Below, piece after piece: positions 12,643 through 27,860 of a stretch of DNA of 64,000 bases (positions within the stretch are counted from its first letter, which is position 1; each line of letters begins with the position of its first letter). Origin of the DNA: Hamiltosporidium tvaerminnensis FI-OER-3-3. Taxonomy: Eukaryota; Fungi; Microsporidia. The stretch spans positions 434,001-498,000 of the forward strand of contig JAKIMF020000001.1 in the NCBI GenBank assembly GCA_022605425.2, in the 5' to 3' direction. The notes under the pieces were generated by a model. It was not told the origin of the DNA. It made no database searches and saw nothing but the letters and a program-made list of their open reading frames with translations. Position numbers and translations under genes: made by a program.

Positions 12643-12719
12643 TTTAAATAATTTTAAAAATATATTCAAATATAGTTAAAAAATAAAATTAAAACAATAA
12701 AAATCGAAAATAAAAGGAT

Positions 12720-13925
12720 TTATTGATTATTAGCTGCCGAAAGTGCTTCTTCATACAAAAAACAAGGGATTTCTGATAAATTTGACTCAAAAATTCTTTT
12801 TACAATCTTAATTTGCAAATTTATGGATTGCAAATCATAACATTCAATATTTGGAAAAATAGTGGGAGTAAAAATTTTGTATAGATTATCTGACCCCATT
12901 TTATTATATTTTGAATACTGATCAACTTTTCGAAAGATTTTCTGTAAATAGATAAGCATCTTTCTATTTTCATTTGTAATCGAAAATATAATTAAAGGCA
13001 CAATATATTCTATTATTGAAGGATCCGTCTGGTTTTTTATTATTTTCATCACCCTTTCTGCAATCTGAACTGAAATTATCCCATTCATTATCTCCCGAAT
13101 ATATGCTTTGAAAATTGAAGCGTTGTCATGAACTGATAACTCAGTATAATCATATCTCTTTCCTGCAGCTAAAACACCCGGCATAAATTTATAATAGGCA
13201 TATTTACCAGAAATTCTAAACAATCCCTCTTTTTTGATCCCTTCATCTAAAATATGGTCACCAACGGTATAAACAAATGTATTTGCTTTTTTTATATGAT
13301 AAGAATCTTTCTTAAACGAAGATCTGAATATATCTGAAATTCTTTCTAAAATATTATCTTTAAAACTGGATCTATATTTACGAAGCTTCTTAAAGCAAAA
13401 ACAAGCCAATTTTATTTTTTCTATATCACTAAGTGAATCATATTTTAAAGTATCTTTAGCTTTTGTTTCTCTTTTTTCTAATTTCTTGCATGGAATTTCT
13501 TTTTTTTGATCTCGAGATGGTTCATTTACCAGCTTTGATTTAAAATAAATTTCATTTATTTTGTATATCATTATAGGAAATTTATATTCCATATGATATT
13601 TTAACATCGGGAATCTCTTATCTTTATGATTCCAAATGTTTATTTCATGTATTTTTACTGCTACATTTTCAAGAAAGTATAAATTTGCTTTTTTTGAATC
13701 TTCTTTAGATTTTATACTCTCTTCTTCTTTCTCCTTCAATTTCGAATTTTTAATGATCCTAAATATACTTTTATGTATATTTCCCATATCATTAATATCT
13801 TGCTTGCATTCATTGATTTTATTTAAGATTCTAATCAGTTCACTCGATTCCAGTCCCTGATTTTTTGTTACTTCTGAAATATTAATTTTTTTAATATTTC
13901 CGCTGTTCTTTATTTTGCCAATCAT
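12720..13925 (-). CDS. RhoGAP-domain protein, copy 2 (401 aa)
   Basis: EGLFRISG with the arginine finger, VHDNASIFKAYIREI, and NKMGSDNLYKIFTPTIF are RhoGAP signature blocks. Lys/Glu-rich N-terminal half. Confidence 0.88.
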   Translation of the reverse strand: MIGKIKNSGNIKKINISEVTKNQGLESSELIRILNKINECKQDINDMGNIHKSIFRIIKNSKLKEKEEESIKSKEDSKKANLYFLENVAVKIHEINIWNHKDKRFPMLKYHMEYKFPIMIYKINEIYFKSKLVNEPSRDQKKEIPCKKLEKRETKAKDTLKYDSLSDIEKIKLACFCFKKLRKYRSSFKDNILERISDIFRSSFKKDSYHIKKANTFVYTVGDHILDEGIKKEGLFRISGKYAYYKFMPGVLAAGKRYDYTELSVHDNASIFKAYIREIMNGIISVQIAERVMKIIKNQTDPSIIEYIVPLIIFSITNENRKMLIYLQKIFRKVDQYSKYNKMGSDNLYKIFTPTIFPNIECYDLQSINLQIKIVKRIFESNLSEIPCFLYEEALSAANNQ

Positions 13926-16188
13926 TTGTTTATTATTGTTTTTTTTATTATATAGATTTCAAATCGAATGTTTGTTTGTAAATCTGCATTGATTCTCTTT
14001 ATCTTAAACAAAGTGTATCAAAATGAAAAAAAGGTTATTAATATATCTTTTAATCTTATTTTAATTTCCTTAATGATATTACATCAGATATTAAATTAAT
14101 TTTTAATAAAATTCATCTACCTATTTATTATCATATCTTATATTGTTAACTAAAGATAAAATACTAAACAATTGACTATTTTAAATCATCAATTGAAGAT
14201 GTTCTTATGTTTTGTAAGGAAAGAGATTTATTTATCTAAATTATTTTAAAATCTTTTATTCTTTTATCTATTATTTTTTTAAATTAAAAAGTGTATTCGA
14301 GATGAGTGATTGTAAATACCTAAAATTATATATCTTTTCGAATTAGATGGAATTTAATAAAAATTTTAACTTAATAGTACTTTATATCTGATAGAATAGA
14401 ATTAAAAAAGAATTTTACATTTTATTTTAGTATGTAGATATTTTTTACCCTTATCAGCAAGCAAATGGGATTATTTAAGTCCTACATTTTATTTGAATTT
14501 ATATATTTTAAAATTTTTAGCTACTGAATGAGATTATAAGTCCGACTTTTAGAATTAAATTTTAAATATTTTATCAAAAAAATATTTTTTTTCGGATTTC
14601 TTAATATTACAAATCTGTTATATTAAGTCGCAATCATAGTATAATTTATAAACCGAAAATTTTGTTTTAATCTGCTATATTTATACTCCAATACGTGCCA
14701 AAATCTTTGATAGATTAAAAACACATGTAAATGCAATCGTTTGATGTCTATCAGGCAACAAAGATAACATAGTAAATATATAGCAAAATATATTGCGAAA
14801 TACTAGTAAACCATTCTAGCTTTGCAACAGAATTTTTTGGTATCATACGAGAATAAAACATAATTAGATGTTAAGAATAATATTATATAGGAGATATATC
14901 TCATAATAGCATTCTATACATTAAAGTATTATTTTAATTTAATATAAATGAAATTAAGAAATTTTTTTGTTTAAGATTTATTCTTATATAGTTTAAACTA
15001 GGAATAAAATTCAAGATTAGACCTGTTATCATATTTATTTAGAAAAATCTTCTTAATACGAAAACTTAATTCTATTATTTTGATCTTTAAGTTACTTGGT
15101 TAGTATTTAGAACTTTAAATAAAAAATAGGGACAAAAGGTATACGAATTAAATGCCAAGGTAATCATACAGGCATCATTTATTAGATAAGATTAAAATTA
15201 AATTATCGAATAAAATTAAGATTGAATTTATAAGAAATTTATTAGAATGAATTAAATTAATGTGAAATTATATTAGGATGGAAGATAAGATTTTAATTTT
15301 TAGGGAATTAAAATTAAATTAAAATACATTTAAAGAAGAAGGTGTTGTAGAATAAACTGTTTTACTTATCTAATAGTATATATCTAAGTTAAATTTTTTA
15401 TATTTAATAAAATTCTGGGTTAAAATATTCTTACCATTTTTATATATTTTCTTCCACCTCTTTTAACTTTAAAAATCGTTTATAAGATTCAAGGTTAAAA
15501 ATTTTTTACCTTTTTATATATTTTCTTCCACCTCTTTTAAATTTAAAAAAAATCCAAAAGTATTTGGTTTTAGCTTCGTATAAATATTTAAAATAACACA
15601 TTTTTTAAAAAAATAATAGAATTACAAAAAAAGATTCGAATGAATATTTAAAGAAAATATAAAAGTAAAACCTTTGCCTATTCAAATCAAATAAATACAA
15701 GAAATAAAAATGAAATAATTAAACCTTGGACTAAATTCTAAATTCAATTAAATAATAATCTCCAAATTTTAAGAAACAGCAATAAAAAAACACTAAATTT
15801 AAAATTTAGAATTTAGAATTCATGAAACGAAAAAATCTATTATAGATATAAACAACCCAAATTAAGAAATAATTAAAATATTTCTAATTCATTTCTCTTA
15901 TTGAAATCTAAAATTTTTTTTAAAAAACCAATTAATTCTATTCATAGACTGATTATTATTCTTAAATTTCCTAAACTTTTATTTGCTTAGAATTTGAATT
16001 TTTTATATTTTTTAATCAATTATTTCATAGACTAATCGTTATTCTTAAGTTTCTTAAACTTTTATTTTCTTATTATTTGAGTTGTTTACATTTTTTAATC
16101 AATTATTTCATAGACTAATCGTTGTTCTTAAGTTTCCTAAACTTTTAAATTCTTATAATTTGAGTTGTTTATATTTTTTCCTTCTACC
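13926..16188. repeat. Module U copy 2
   Basis: Copy of 1114-3376 at offset 12812. Confidence 0.9.
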
Positions 16189-17896
16189 TTGAGTGCTATG
16201 ACAGACGAGGCAAAGTAATTTTTAGAGGTGATTGGCTTAGAGATTAACAAAGAGAAGTCAGCCACAAATGATAAGTATAGTGAAGATACTGCTACCTTCT
16301 AGAAAGTGTTAGTGTTTTTAAATATTTAGGAATTATAGAAGATAGCAGAAGAATTCCAACACGTAGCTCATTTGAAGAATTACAAAGCGAACTTTTATCA
16401 AGAATTGAAAGACTTTCTCACACAAGATTAAATGCAAAAAATTTATTTTCTGCAATCAATCAACATGCGATATCGTTAATCAACTATCACATAGGAGTAC
16501 TTCGACTTGAACCGGCTGACTTCTCTAAGATAGATGATGCAGTTCGTTCGGTGTTGGTAAACAATAAGATACATCGTCTTGTAAAGAGCGTTTGTATCTT
16601 ACTAGAACAGAACTTGGAAGAGGCCTACATAGTGTTGAGTTGCGAAGCGAACATATGCTTCTGCAACTCTTGGATGTTCTTGAAAAAAGTAAAGAAAATT
16701 CAACTAGACGAGCAGAAATCCTTAAAGTGGAGAATAATAATAAAACCAATCTCTCACTCATAAAAGGCTTCTAAAAAGTAAAGTACAGGTTCGTAGAAGA
16801 AGTCACTAAGAAAAGTTTAGAAGAAGCTTAACTTGCAAAACTATACAACGAAATAGAAAAACGAAAACTTCATTCAAAGTTATATAATGCAAGGAAAAAT
16901 GAGCTTGTAAGTGTTAGTGACTCTGCAAGATGGTTAAAGAGAGGGAATATTAGGCCACGAAACGAAGCTGTGTTTTCCTATATCCAGGACAGAAATTTAT
17001 TATGGGGATCAGATGGTATGTGTCAACACTGTAATTAATTTGGTAAGACTGTAGATCATCTAGCAACTCGATGTGAAAAAATGCTAGGTCATGACTACAC
17101 CAGACGGCATAATGAAGTGGTTTGATGCAGACACTTATTTCTTCTAAATAGATATAAGTTTAAGTCCTCAAAACGAATTTGGAGTCACTCAGTTTAAGAA
17201 ATTCTTGATAATGAGTATGCAGAGATAAGAGTGGACACCAGAATTTAAATTGATGTTAAAATTTAGAGTAACAGACCCGACATATTTATTTTAGATAAGA
17301 AGAAGAATAAGATAACACTTATTGAAGTAGGAATCACTTCTCAAGATTCACTTCAAATAGTTGAAACTGAAAAACTTAGGAAGTATGACTTTCTAGCCAA
17401 TGAGCTGGGTCTTATTTACAAATGTAGTTAAGAGATAATCCCTTATGTGATGACCTGGGACGGTATTGTAACAAAATACCATAAATCTCATCTTAAAAGA
17501 CTAGAAATACACATGAATGTAGAGGCATACATTCAGTCTATAGTACTTAAGAAAACAGTCGAAACAATTTCCTTTGATCGACGAAGAGGACTTGAGTCAA
17601 GACTAAATGCCGAAGAGAGCTGGGAGAGAGCGTCAATGGGTGCTATTATGAGATCAGAGATGCATGAGGAATTAAAACCTTATTTAAAAGAAGAGAAGAG
17701 AGAGGAAGATGGTTTAAAAAATTTTAAACTAAAAAATAAAGCACCCTTTATTTCACAAGGAGGAACCACTTTAGAGGAACCGACCAATAACATAAATGAA
17801 GAGTCGAATTTGGAAGAAGAGACAGAAGTGGTTAAGGAGGTAGAAGAAAACATGTGACAAATGGTAAAAATATTTTAACCCAGAATTTTATTAAAT
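16189..17896 (+). mobile_element. Non-LTR fragment R+2
   Basis: Same 5' junction (ccttctacc|ttgagtgctatg) as R+1. ORF 17447..17857. Confidence 0.9.
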
Positions 17897-20800
17897 AAAA
17901 CTCATATGATATCTTTCTAAAAATATAAAAAAGAATATTTTGATATTAATGTATGATATATTGAATAATCACAATAGAAAACCTCCAAAATATAAGTTAA
18001 AGAAATTAATATATCAGAATTTTGTATAATACGTGATGTGTTGGAGTTAAATCTAATATACGCTATTTTGAGTATATTAGAGACAAAGAACGAATTAAAA
18101 AATCTCAAAAGGGTATATTTTCACAAAGAAAACTATTTTTTTGGTTTGAAGACGATTTTAAATAATTTAGTTGTCGATTTAAGCAAAATTTGGATGTTAC
18201 CAGACAAAATGAGTTCTTAAACATCATAAAAGTTTTTGTTTTGTCAGAATATCTAGGTTTAATGATTAATAAGGTATTTCTAATTTGACAAATAGTGTGT
18301 GCTGTCTGCTAATTATAAATTTATATTAAGGCTATTTCAAAATATTATTATATTTTTGAAAATTAAAAATTTTGTTTCCTCTAAAAGCATACTAATCTTC
18401 TAGTAGCCGGCATAACACAAATTAATTGGAAAGATTTCGGGTTTGAATACCGATTTTTACACTGTTACCTTTAAATTACAAATATTTACGCCAAAAAAAC
18501 AATCTATTTGTCACAAGAGACATTAGTAAATACCTATATCACATGGCAAACCAATACTATATTTGTATACTGTTTTCATTCCTGAGAAAAATTAATCAAT
18601 AAAGAAAAACTAAAATAAACTTAGAACTTTAAAAAGAAAATTACAAATTTTTATAGCATTAAAAGTGCCTCTTAAAATGATGAATATTTTTCGGTCTCAC
18701 GGAAACTGAAATAAATAATTATCATCAACATATTTTATTCATCCCAAAGCTAAATAAAACAGAAAAGAAATGATTATCGAGGTATCGAAACAATATTAGA
18801 GTTTGTTGGTGGTTACAAACATTTTGAATAAATTGAATGTCTCAAAGTAAAACCGAGAGAAATTAATCTAAAGCTATTAAAAGGACACTTAAAGTAAAGA
18901 TTTAAACGTTTAATGATACATAGTTGAATGTATCAAATTTATTTTACCAATCAAATTTTAGGTAAATATTATTCATTTTTCTTATAGAGTATTTGTAGCC
19001 AAACATTTAATTGATCTAGATATATGATAAATTATTTTGTGTTCTAGTTATGAACACTATACAAATAGAACTCGAGGTTCCGATAAATCGTTTCTGTCAA
19101 AATAAAACCTTAAGAAATCTTTCAGAATGTTTAATTTGAATATATATGTGATTTTGCAATTCCGTGGTTCTCTGTAAAAAAAATAAATAAATTCTGAGAA
19201 ATGAAACGATTTGGAGCAATCTTGCAATTATAATTAACTATTTCTGTGTAAAATTAAAAATAGAAAGAGAGATAAAGAGATGAAGATTAAAAAATTCATA
19301 AAAAAATATCTAGCGGATAGAAAATCGAAAATAAATCAAGCTTTATATCCTAGAAGTAAATGATAATAGGTGTTAATAACACTTACAAAAAGCTGATTAA
19401 GAAACCTTGATGTTAAATATACTAGAATTTTGTTATTATTTAAATAGAATGCCTTTTTGAGAACGAAAAAACTTAAAAACGGCAGAAATTTTGCGTCGCG
19501 ATCTTAACTACGTAAAGTAGATCCAAATTAAGAAATAAAATTTGTTTTTCTACGCATCTAAGGCTTATAAATACAAATGATCAAAGAATTTAAACGTCAT
19601 ATGAGCTATTCAGTTCAAAAGTTCGCCAAAAAAAGCGAAACTAAAAATAAATTTAGATAAAAGATATCAAATATCAAGTTAAAATTTACTTATTGTTCTG
19701 TATTGAATAGAAATTATAGAGAAAGATCTATTTCAGAAATATTTTTTTTGCTTCAAACTGGACATGCGATAGAATAAATTTAACTTTATTTTTGTTATAA
19801 GTAAAGTATTTCTTGTATATTAGAACAGAGTTTGACATCATTACAGAGTATTTGTTCATTATTTGTTTCTAGACATCATAATATGTATACAATATTAAGT
19901 TTTGCATCCGAATCAAAAATAGGACATGTGAACAGCCAATATTAGTTTAAGAGATAGTCAATTTTTGCTTTGATAGAAGAATAAAAGGAGTATAAAGATA
20001 GAATTCAGATAGATTACAAAAGTTCGTACTTATTCTTTGTAATCGAGAGGAGACATAGATCAAAGCCATATCTCATTATACTGACGTACCTGAGAAGATA
20101 TATATGTTTCGTTAAGTAAAAAAAGATTCAAAAACCATTTGAATTTTTTTGTGTGCAAAATTCGAAAATAAAGCGTCGAATGTAATAACGAAGAAAATGT
20201 TGGAACGTAATAATTCTAGGAATAAATAAATCGGAATGGAATCGGTAATCATCATAAAAAACTTATTAATAAAATATAATTTAATTTTTATATTTTTGAT
20301 TTCTACAAATCTAATTTAATATTTATTTTACCAAAAAGGTAAAATAAATTTTTAAACCACAATACCATCAGTTTTTTTACAATATTTTTCTTTTATAATA
20401 TTGTAAAAAGGAAATGGCTAGTTATAGACCCAAGATGCATGTAAAAGCATTTGGAACTAAAACTACGCATTTTTTTCCTAGTATTTTGTTAGTACTGAAG
20501 ACCGTCAATTATTATCAAATAAATTATTTACATTTGTCATAGTACTAAAATCATTATTCGTAGGTTTTCCAGAAGTAAGTTGTGTGAAAATATTCAATTT
20601 ATATGTAATAATTTGAAAATTCGATTTTATTTGTATATTGACTTAGTTAAGAGCTATGGTTTTTTTTATACCAAATCATTCTTTATTTAAAACAACATAT
20701 TTGAAAGATTTTCTTAATTATAGTAACTTAAAATTGCAATGAATATGTGTGTGTTTGAGTTGTTTTAAACAAAATATAAATATAGCTTTAATAAAAGCTA

Positions 20801-23800
20801 TTTAAAAAATTCTTTCAAGGATTTGGAAATAATTATACGGAGTTAAAATTAACAGTTCAACCCATTTTTTTGAAATTAAAAAATAGATCAGATAAATTCA
20901 TTTTTTTTTATATTATAAGATAAACCAAAATACCTGTCTTTTATTTATTATTAAATAAATAATATTACTCTTGGGCGGATATATCTGTTACCGTACTTTT
21001 ATTTTGAATTTATCATATAAGGAATATTTTGTATATCATTTACAAAAATTACATTAAGACAATAAAATTTATGATAAAAAATACAAAAAAATAAACGCAA
21101 TTTAAAAACAACGGGAATAATATTATTTGATTAAATAGATTCTTTGTTCTGTCTTCAGATATAAATTTTGTATTCCTAGAGCTCTTCGATAAAGAATTTA
21201 AAAGTGTCGAATTAATTCTCTTTTAAATAATCCAGCTTCTTCTATATAAAGCAATTTATTTTGTTTCTTTGTGCCTATAGTTTACATTGAAGAATTGTAG
21301 AATATATACATCTTTTTCTGGATTAAATTATAGACAATTTTACGAAGCTCAGCATTTTCAATATTCTCAAAACCTAAGCCTTTTGGTTCTTCATATAAAT
21401 TCTTGTAGACCAAAAAGAGTGATATACGGCTCTATACTATTATCTCTTGAATAATGTATATTCTGTATTAATTTTGAATTAATTATATAACTGATTCCTT
21501 TTCTAGTATTTTAAATACTTCTTCATTAATATTATTGAAATTGACTACAATGAAATATCCATATACCGCGAAAAATCAATGCCTGCATAGGTAACATAAT
21601 TACTAGTCGTCTTCATAATGTTTATATTAAAATATACATTATTAGAAATTTCTCATCTGTTTCTTTTCGACAAGATAATTCTTTTGCGATTGTTCTTACG
21701 ACTATTTACTAATTAAGGCAACCTGTCCAGGATTTCCAGGATGTTTCAGACTTTTATTTACAAACTTGATATAATGCAAACATAGAAATTCTGTAATATA
21801 AGAAAATAAAATTCGTGATATTTATCGCTTTTTAAAATCTAGGAGCATTTTTATGGTTGAATAATTGCTTTAGAGTGGATATAATGTTTTCACTGTTTCA
21901 ATTTTCAATACAAATAAAAAAAGAAACTTTAAAACAAATAGAAAAATTTAGAAACTATTGATATCTGTCATTTTCATTTCCATATTTCTTTGATCAAATC
22001 AATCCAATTGTACTATAGTTTAGGAATATCTTAAAATATGTGAATTATTCACAAAACGACTTAATAATTCATATTTTTTGCAAGTGAAAAAATTTAAAAT
22101 ATATTTTTTCTTTTTCTTTTAAATTCGATAATGCGAGTTTAAAGGTGTTCATACATGCCTTCATTCCTTTTTGATTGCGTGGGAAGTGTATCAAAAAGTG
22201 CATGTTTCTTTATAAAATTTTAATCCGGTAACAGCCTCTGTAATATTTTTTTCTTTATTTTTAAGAAATTTTTACTTTTGTTAATTTTAAGTTTTTAATT
22301 TAGTTAAAATTTACATTTTTACTGAAATGATAACCAAGATGTGCATTATTTCATTCTGATAATTATATTTATAACTTTCAATAGTACATTATCGCCTCAA
22401 TCCTTCTCACAAAACCATATAAATAAGAAAAATAATGAAGTTATACGCAAAGTTCTTAAAAATAAAAAAAAACTTATGAATTTTGTATATAAAAAATATT
22501 TTTTCTTTAAAAAAAAGATGTATAAGTGGAGAAAGAATAATCTCATTTTAAACTATCGCTTGGAAATGTGTGTATAAAATTTGTGTGAAAATCATTGCTT
22601 CCATTGAGGTGGGATATAAAACACGCCTGATCTATAGGCCAATTCCCTGTAATCCCGAGTTACATTAGACAAAAAAAACAAATGGAAAACTTTCATTTGT
22701 TCATATTCGACACTAAGAGGTAAAAACAGAATGGAATAATTGAGAAATTAAGTCTAAAAATTTTAAAAATTGCTTCTTTTCGAACAAACAACAACCGAAT
22801 TTCAACGTAGAATAAAAAATTTTCCTTCTTATTTCTTATAAATTTATGATATAATACAATTAATAAAACCGATAATGAAGTTTTGGATGCCAATATTTAT
22901 ACTTAACAAGTATCTAAACATTCAAATCCAAAAAAAGATTAAATATCACACAGTTCAAGAACTTTCTGAAAATAATGATCAGAAATAAAACTAGAACTGA
23001 GGTATAAAGCTTATTACAATATTTTCAAAATAGACAAGATATATTCATGATGTAAAATAAATTAAATATGATTACACATATCTAGGGTGTAAACACGAAC
23101 AAGGTTCGCTTCAAAGAATGTAGACCAACAAACTTAAGACATACAAATTACTTCTGTTTGGTTTATACTGTTTATATAATTTTTAGAAAAAAATTTGTTA
23201 TTTCTTAGTTTCGGATTATACAGTGGCAAAATACTATAAGATATATCTTGAAAATTCTAAATACTCATAGAATTAGAAACACGCATGTAATCAACAATAC
23301 ACTAAAAAGGCCAGTCGAAACAATTTCTTTTCAATAACCAAGAGAATTCGAGTCAGGACCAAATGGCAAAGAGATTTGAAAGAAAGTACCCTAAGTATTT
23401 TACAAGGAAGAGAGATCCCAAGGAAACAATACCCTTTTAAAGTCTACTCCATTGAGTATTGTGACTTTAAACAAGTAAAAACAAAAAAAAAATCCAATCC
23501 TTATTTTGAATTAAGATGCCAATATCAGAGATTCGAACAAAATAAAACTTACCTAATTATTCCTTTTAATCTGTTATAACTCGGTATTATAGAGAATTGA
23601 ACTATAGATCCGGTGTAGTTTATATCCTACCAAAATGGCAACAATGAATTTCACAACAACTTCAAATAATCATTACCAAGCAGATGGTTTTTAATGTGCT
23701 TATCGTACCTCTTTTTATAAACAAAAAACAAGAATAAGTTTAAAAGAAGAAAATTAAATATTTAAAATGATGGAATGTTATTCGAAATTTAAAAAAAAAA

Positions 23801-23805
23801 TTAAG
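17897..23805. repeat. Spacer module S copy 2
   Basis: Near-identical to S1 and S3. Confidence 0.9.
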
Positions 23806-23894
23806 TTTAAAAATCGTATATAAAATTATGAGTTAGAATATTTTTACCATTTTTATATATTTTCTTCCACCTCTTTTAACTTTAAAAATCGTTA

Positions 23895-25597
23895 ATAATA
23901 TTGTGAGTTAAAATATTTTTACGATTTTTATATGTTTTCTTCCACCTCTTCAACCATTTTGTCTCTTCTTCGATATCCGACTCTTTATTTATGTTATTGG
24001 TCGGTTCCTCTAAAGTGGTTCTTCCTTGTGGAATAAAGGGTGCTTTATTTTTTGGTTTAAATTTTTTTGCACCATCTTCCTCTCTCTTCTCTTCTTTTAA
24101 ATAAGGTTTTAATTCCTCATGCATCTTTGCTCTCATGATAACACCCATTGACGCTCCTCCCAGCTCTCTTCGGCATTTAGTCCTGACTCAAGTCCTCTTC
24201 GTCGATCAAAGGAAATTGTTTCGACTGTTTTCTTGAGTACTATAGACTGAATATATGCCTCAACATTCATGGGTATTTCTAGTCTTTTAAAATGATATTT
24301 ATGGTATTTTGTCACAATACCGTCCCAGGTCATCACATAAGGGATTATCTCTTAACTACATTTGTAAATAAGACCCGGCTCATTGGCTAGAAAGTCATAC
24401 TTCCTAAGTTTTTCAGTTTCAACTATTTTAAGTAAATCTTGGGAAGTGATTCCTGCTTCAATGAGTATTATCTTATTCTTCTTCTTTTCTAAAATAAATA
24501 TTTCGGGTCTGTTATTCCGAATTTTAACATCAGTTTAAATTCTGGTGTCCACTCTTATCTCTGCATACTCATTATCAAGAATTTCTTGAACTGAGTGACT
24601 CCTTATTCGTTTTGAAGACTTAAACTTATATCTATTTAGAAGAAGTAGGTGTAGGCATTTAACCAATTCATTATGCCGTTCTGTGTAGTCATGACCTAGC
24701 ATTTTTTCACATCGAGTTGCTAGATGATCTACCGTCTTACCAAATTTATTACAGTGTTGGCACATACCATCTGATCCCCATAATAAATTTCTATCCTGGA
24801 TATAGCAGAACACAGCTTCGTTTCGTGGCCTATTATTCCCTCTTTTTAACCATCTTGAAAAGTCACTAAGACTTACAAGCTCATTTTTCCTTGCATTATA
24901 TAACTTTGAATGAAGTTTTCGTTTTTCTATTTCGTTATATAGTTTTGCAAGTTAAGCTTCTTCTAAAATTTTCTTAGTGACTTCTTCTACCAACCTGTAC
25001 TTTACTTTTAAAAAGCCTTTTATTAGTGCAAGATGGGTTTTGTTATTATTTTCCACCCTTGAGATTGCTGCTCGTCTGATTGATATTTCTTAACTTTTTT
25101 CAAGACAATCCAAGAGTTGCAGAAGCATATGTTCGCTTTGCAACCCAAAACTATTTAGGTCTCTTCCAAGTTCTGTTCGTGTAAGATACAAACGCTCTTT
25201 ACAAGACGATGTATCTTATTGTTTACCAACACCGAACGAACTGCATCATCTATCTTAGAGAAGTCAGCCAGTTCAAGTCGAAGTACTCCATGTGATAGTT
25301 GATTAACGATATCGCATGTTGATTGATTAATTGCAGAAAATAAATTTTTAAAGTTTAATCAGGTATGACAAAGTCTTTCAATTCTTGATAAAAGTTTGCT
25401 CTGTACTTCTTCAAATAAGCTACGTGTTGTAATTCTTCTGCTATCTTCTATAATTCCTAAATATTTAAAAACACTAACACTTTCTAGAAGGTAGCAGTAT
25501 CTTCACTATACTTATCATTTGTGGCTGAATTCTCTTTGTTAATCTCTAAGCCAATCCCCTCTAAAAATTCCTTTGCCTCGTCTGTCATAGCACTCAA
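23895..25597 (-). mobile_element. Recombinant non-LTR fragment (R- type 3' flank, R+ type 5' junction)
   Basis: The 3' end abuts the end of S, as R-1 does. The 5' end is joined to module U (cactcaa|ggtagaagg), as R+ is. Confidence 0.88.
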
Positions 25598-27860
25598 GGT
25601 AGAAGGAAAAAATATAAACAACTCAAATTATAAGAATTTAAAAGTTTAGGAAACTTAAGAACAACGATTAGTCTATGAAATAATTGATTAAAAAATGTAA
25701 ACAACTCAAATAATAAGAAAATAAAAGTTTAAGAAACTTAAGAATAACGATTAGTCTATGAAATAATTGATTAAAAAATATAAAAAATTCAAATTTTAAG
25801 AAAATAAAAGTTTAGGAAATTTAAGAATAATAATCAGTCTATGGATAGAATTAATTGGTTTTTTAAAAAAAATTATAGATATAAATAAGAGAAATGAATT
25901 AGAAATATTTTTATTATTTCTTAATTTGGGTTGTTTATATCTATAATAGATTTTTTCGTTTCATGAATTCTAAATTCTAAATTTTAAATTTAGTGTTTTT
26001 TTATTGCTGTTTCTTAAAATTTGGAGATTATTATTTAATTGAATTTAGAATTTAGTCGAAGGTTTAATTATTTCATTTTTATTTCTTGTATTTATTTGAT
26101 TTGAATAGGCAAAGGTTTTACTTTTATATTTTCTTTAAATATTCATTCGAATCTTTTTTTGTAATTCTATTATTTTTTTAAAAAATGTGTTATTTTAAAT
26201 ATTTATACGAAGCTAAAACCAAAGACTTTTGGATTTTTTTTAAATTTAAAAGAGGTGGAAGAAAATATATAAAAAGGTAAAAAATTTTTAACCTTGAATC
26301 TTATAAACGATTTTTAAATTTAAATGAGGTGGAAGAAAATATATAAAAATGGTAAAAATATTTTAACTCATAATTTTATTAAATATAAAAAATTATACTT
26401 AGATATTTACTATTAGATAAGTAAAACAGTTTATTCTACAACACCTTCTTCTTTAAATGTATTTTAATTTAATTTTAATTCCCTAAAAATTAAAATCTTA
26501 TATTCCATCCTAATATAATTTCACATTAATTTAATTCATTCTAATAAATTTCTTATAAATTCAATCTTAATTTTATTCGATGATTTAATTTTAATCTTAT
26601 CTAATAAATGATGCCTGTATGATCGTTTGGCATTTAATTCGTATACTTTTGTCCCTATTTTTTATTTAAAGTTCTAAATACTAACCAAGTAACTTAAAGA
26701 TCAAAATAATAGAATTAAGTTTTCGTATTAAGAAGATTTTTCTAAATAAATATGATAACAGGTCTAATCTTGAATTTTATTCCTAGTTTAAACTATATAA
26801 GAATAAATCTTAAACAAAAAAATTTCTTAATTTCATTTATATTAAATTAAAATAATACTTTAATGTATAGAATGCTATTATGAGATATATCTCCTATATA
26901 ATATTATTCTTAACATCTAATTATGTTTTATTCTCGTATGTTACCAAAAAATTCTGTTGCAAAGCTAGAATGGTTTACTAGTATTTCGCAATATATTTTG
27001 CTATATATTTACTATGTTATTCTTTGTTGCCTGATAGACATCAAACGATTGCATTTACATGTGTTTTTAATCTATCAAAGATTTTGGCACGTATTGGAGT
27101 ATAAATATAGCAGATTAAAACAAAATTTTCGGTTTATAAATTATACTATGATTGCTACTTAGTATAACAGATGTGTTATAGTGAGAAATCCGAAAAAAAA
27201 TATTTTTTTGATAAAATATTTAAAATTTAATTCTAAAAGTCGGACTTATAATCTCATTCAGTAGCTAAAAATTTTAAAATATATAAATTCAAATAAAATG
27301 TAGGACTTAAATAATCTCATTTGCTTGCTGATAAGGGTAAAAAAATATCTACATACTAAAATAAAATGTAAAATTCTTTTTTAATTCTATTCTATCAGAT
27401 ATAAAGTACTATTAAGTTAAAATTTTTATTAAATTCCATCTAATTCGAAAAGATATATAATTTTAGGTATTTACAATCACTCATCTCGAATACACTTTTT
27501 AATTTAAAAAAATAATAGATAAAAGAATAAAAGATTTTAAAATAATTTAGATAAATAAATCTCTTTTCTTACAAAACGAAAGAACATCTTCAATTGATGA
27601 TTTAAAATAGTCAATTGTTTAGTATTTTATCTTTAGTTAACAATATAAGATATGATAATAAATAGGTAGATGAATTTTATTAAAAATTAATTTAATATCT
27701 GATGTAATATCATTAAGGAAATTAAAATAAGATTAAAAGATATATTAATAACCTTTTTTTCATTTTGATACACTTTGTTTAAGATAAAGAGAATCAATGC
27801 AGATTTACAAACAAACATTCGATTTGAAATCTATATAATAAAAAAAACAATAATAAACAA
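25598..27860. repeat. Module U copy 3, inverted
   Basis: Reverse complement of 1114-3376 with scattered SNPs. Confidence 0.9.
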
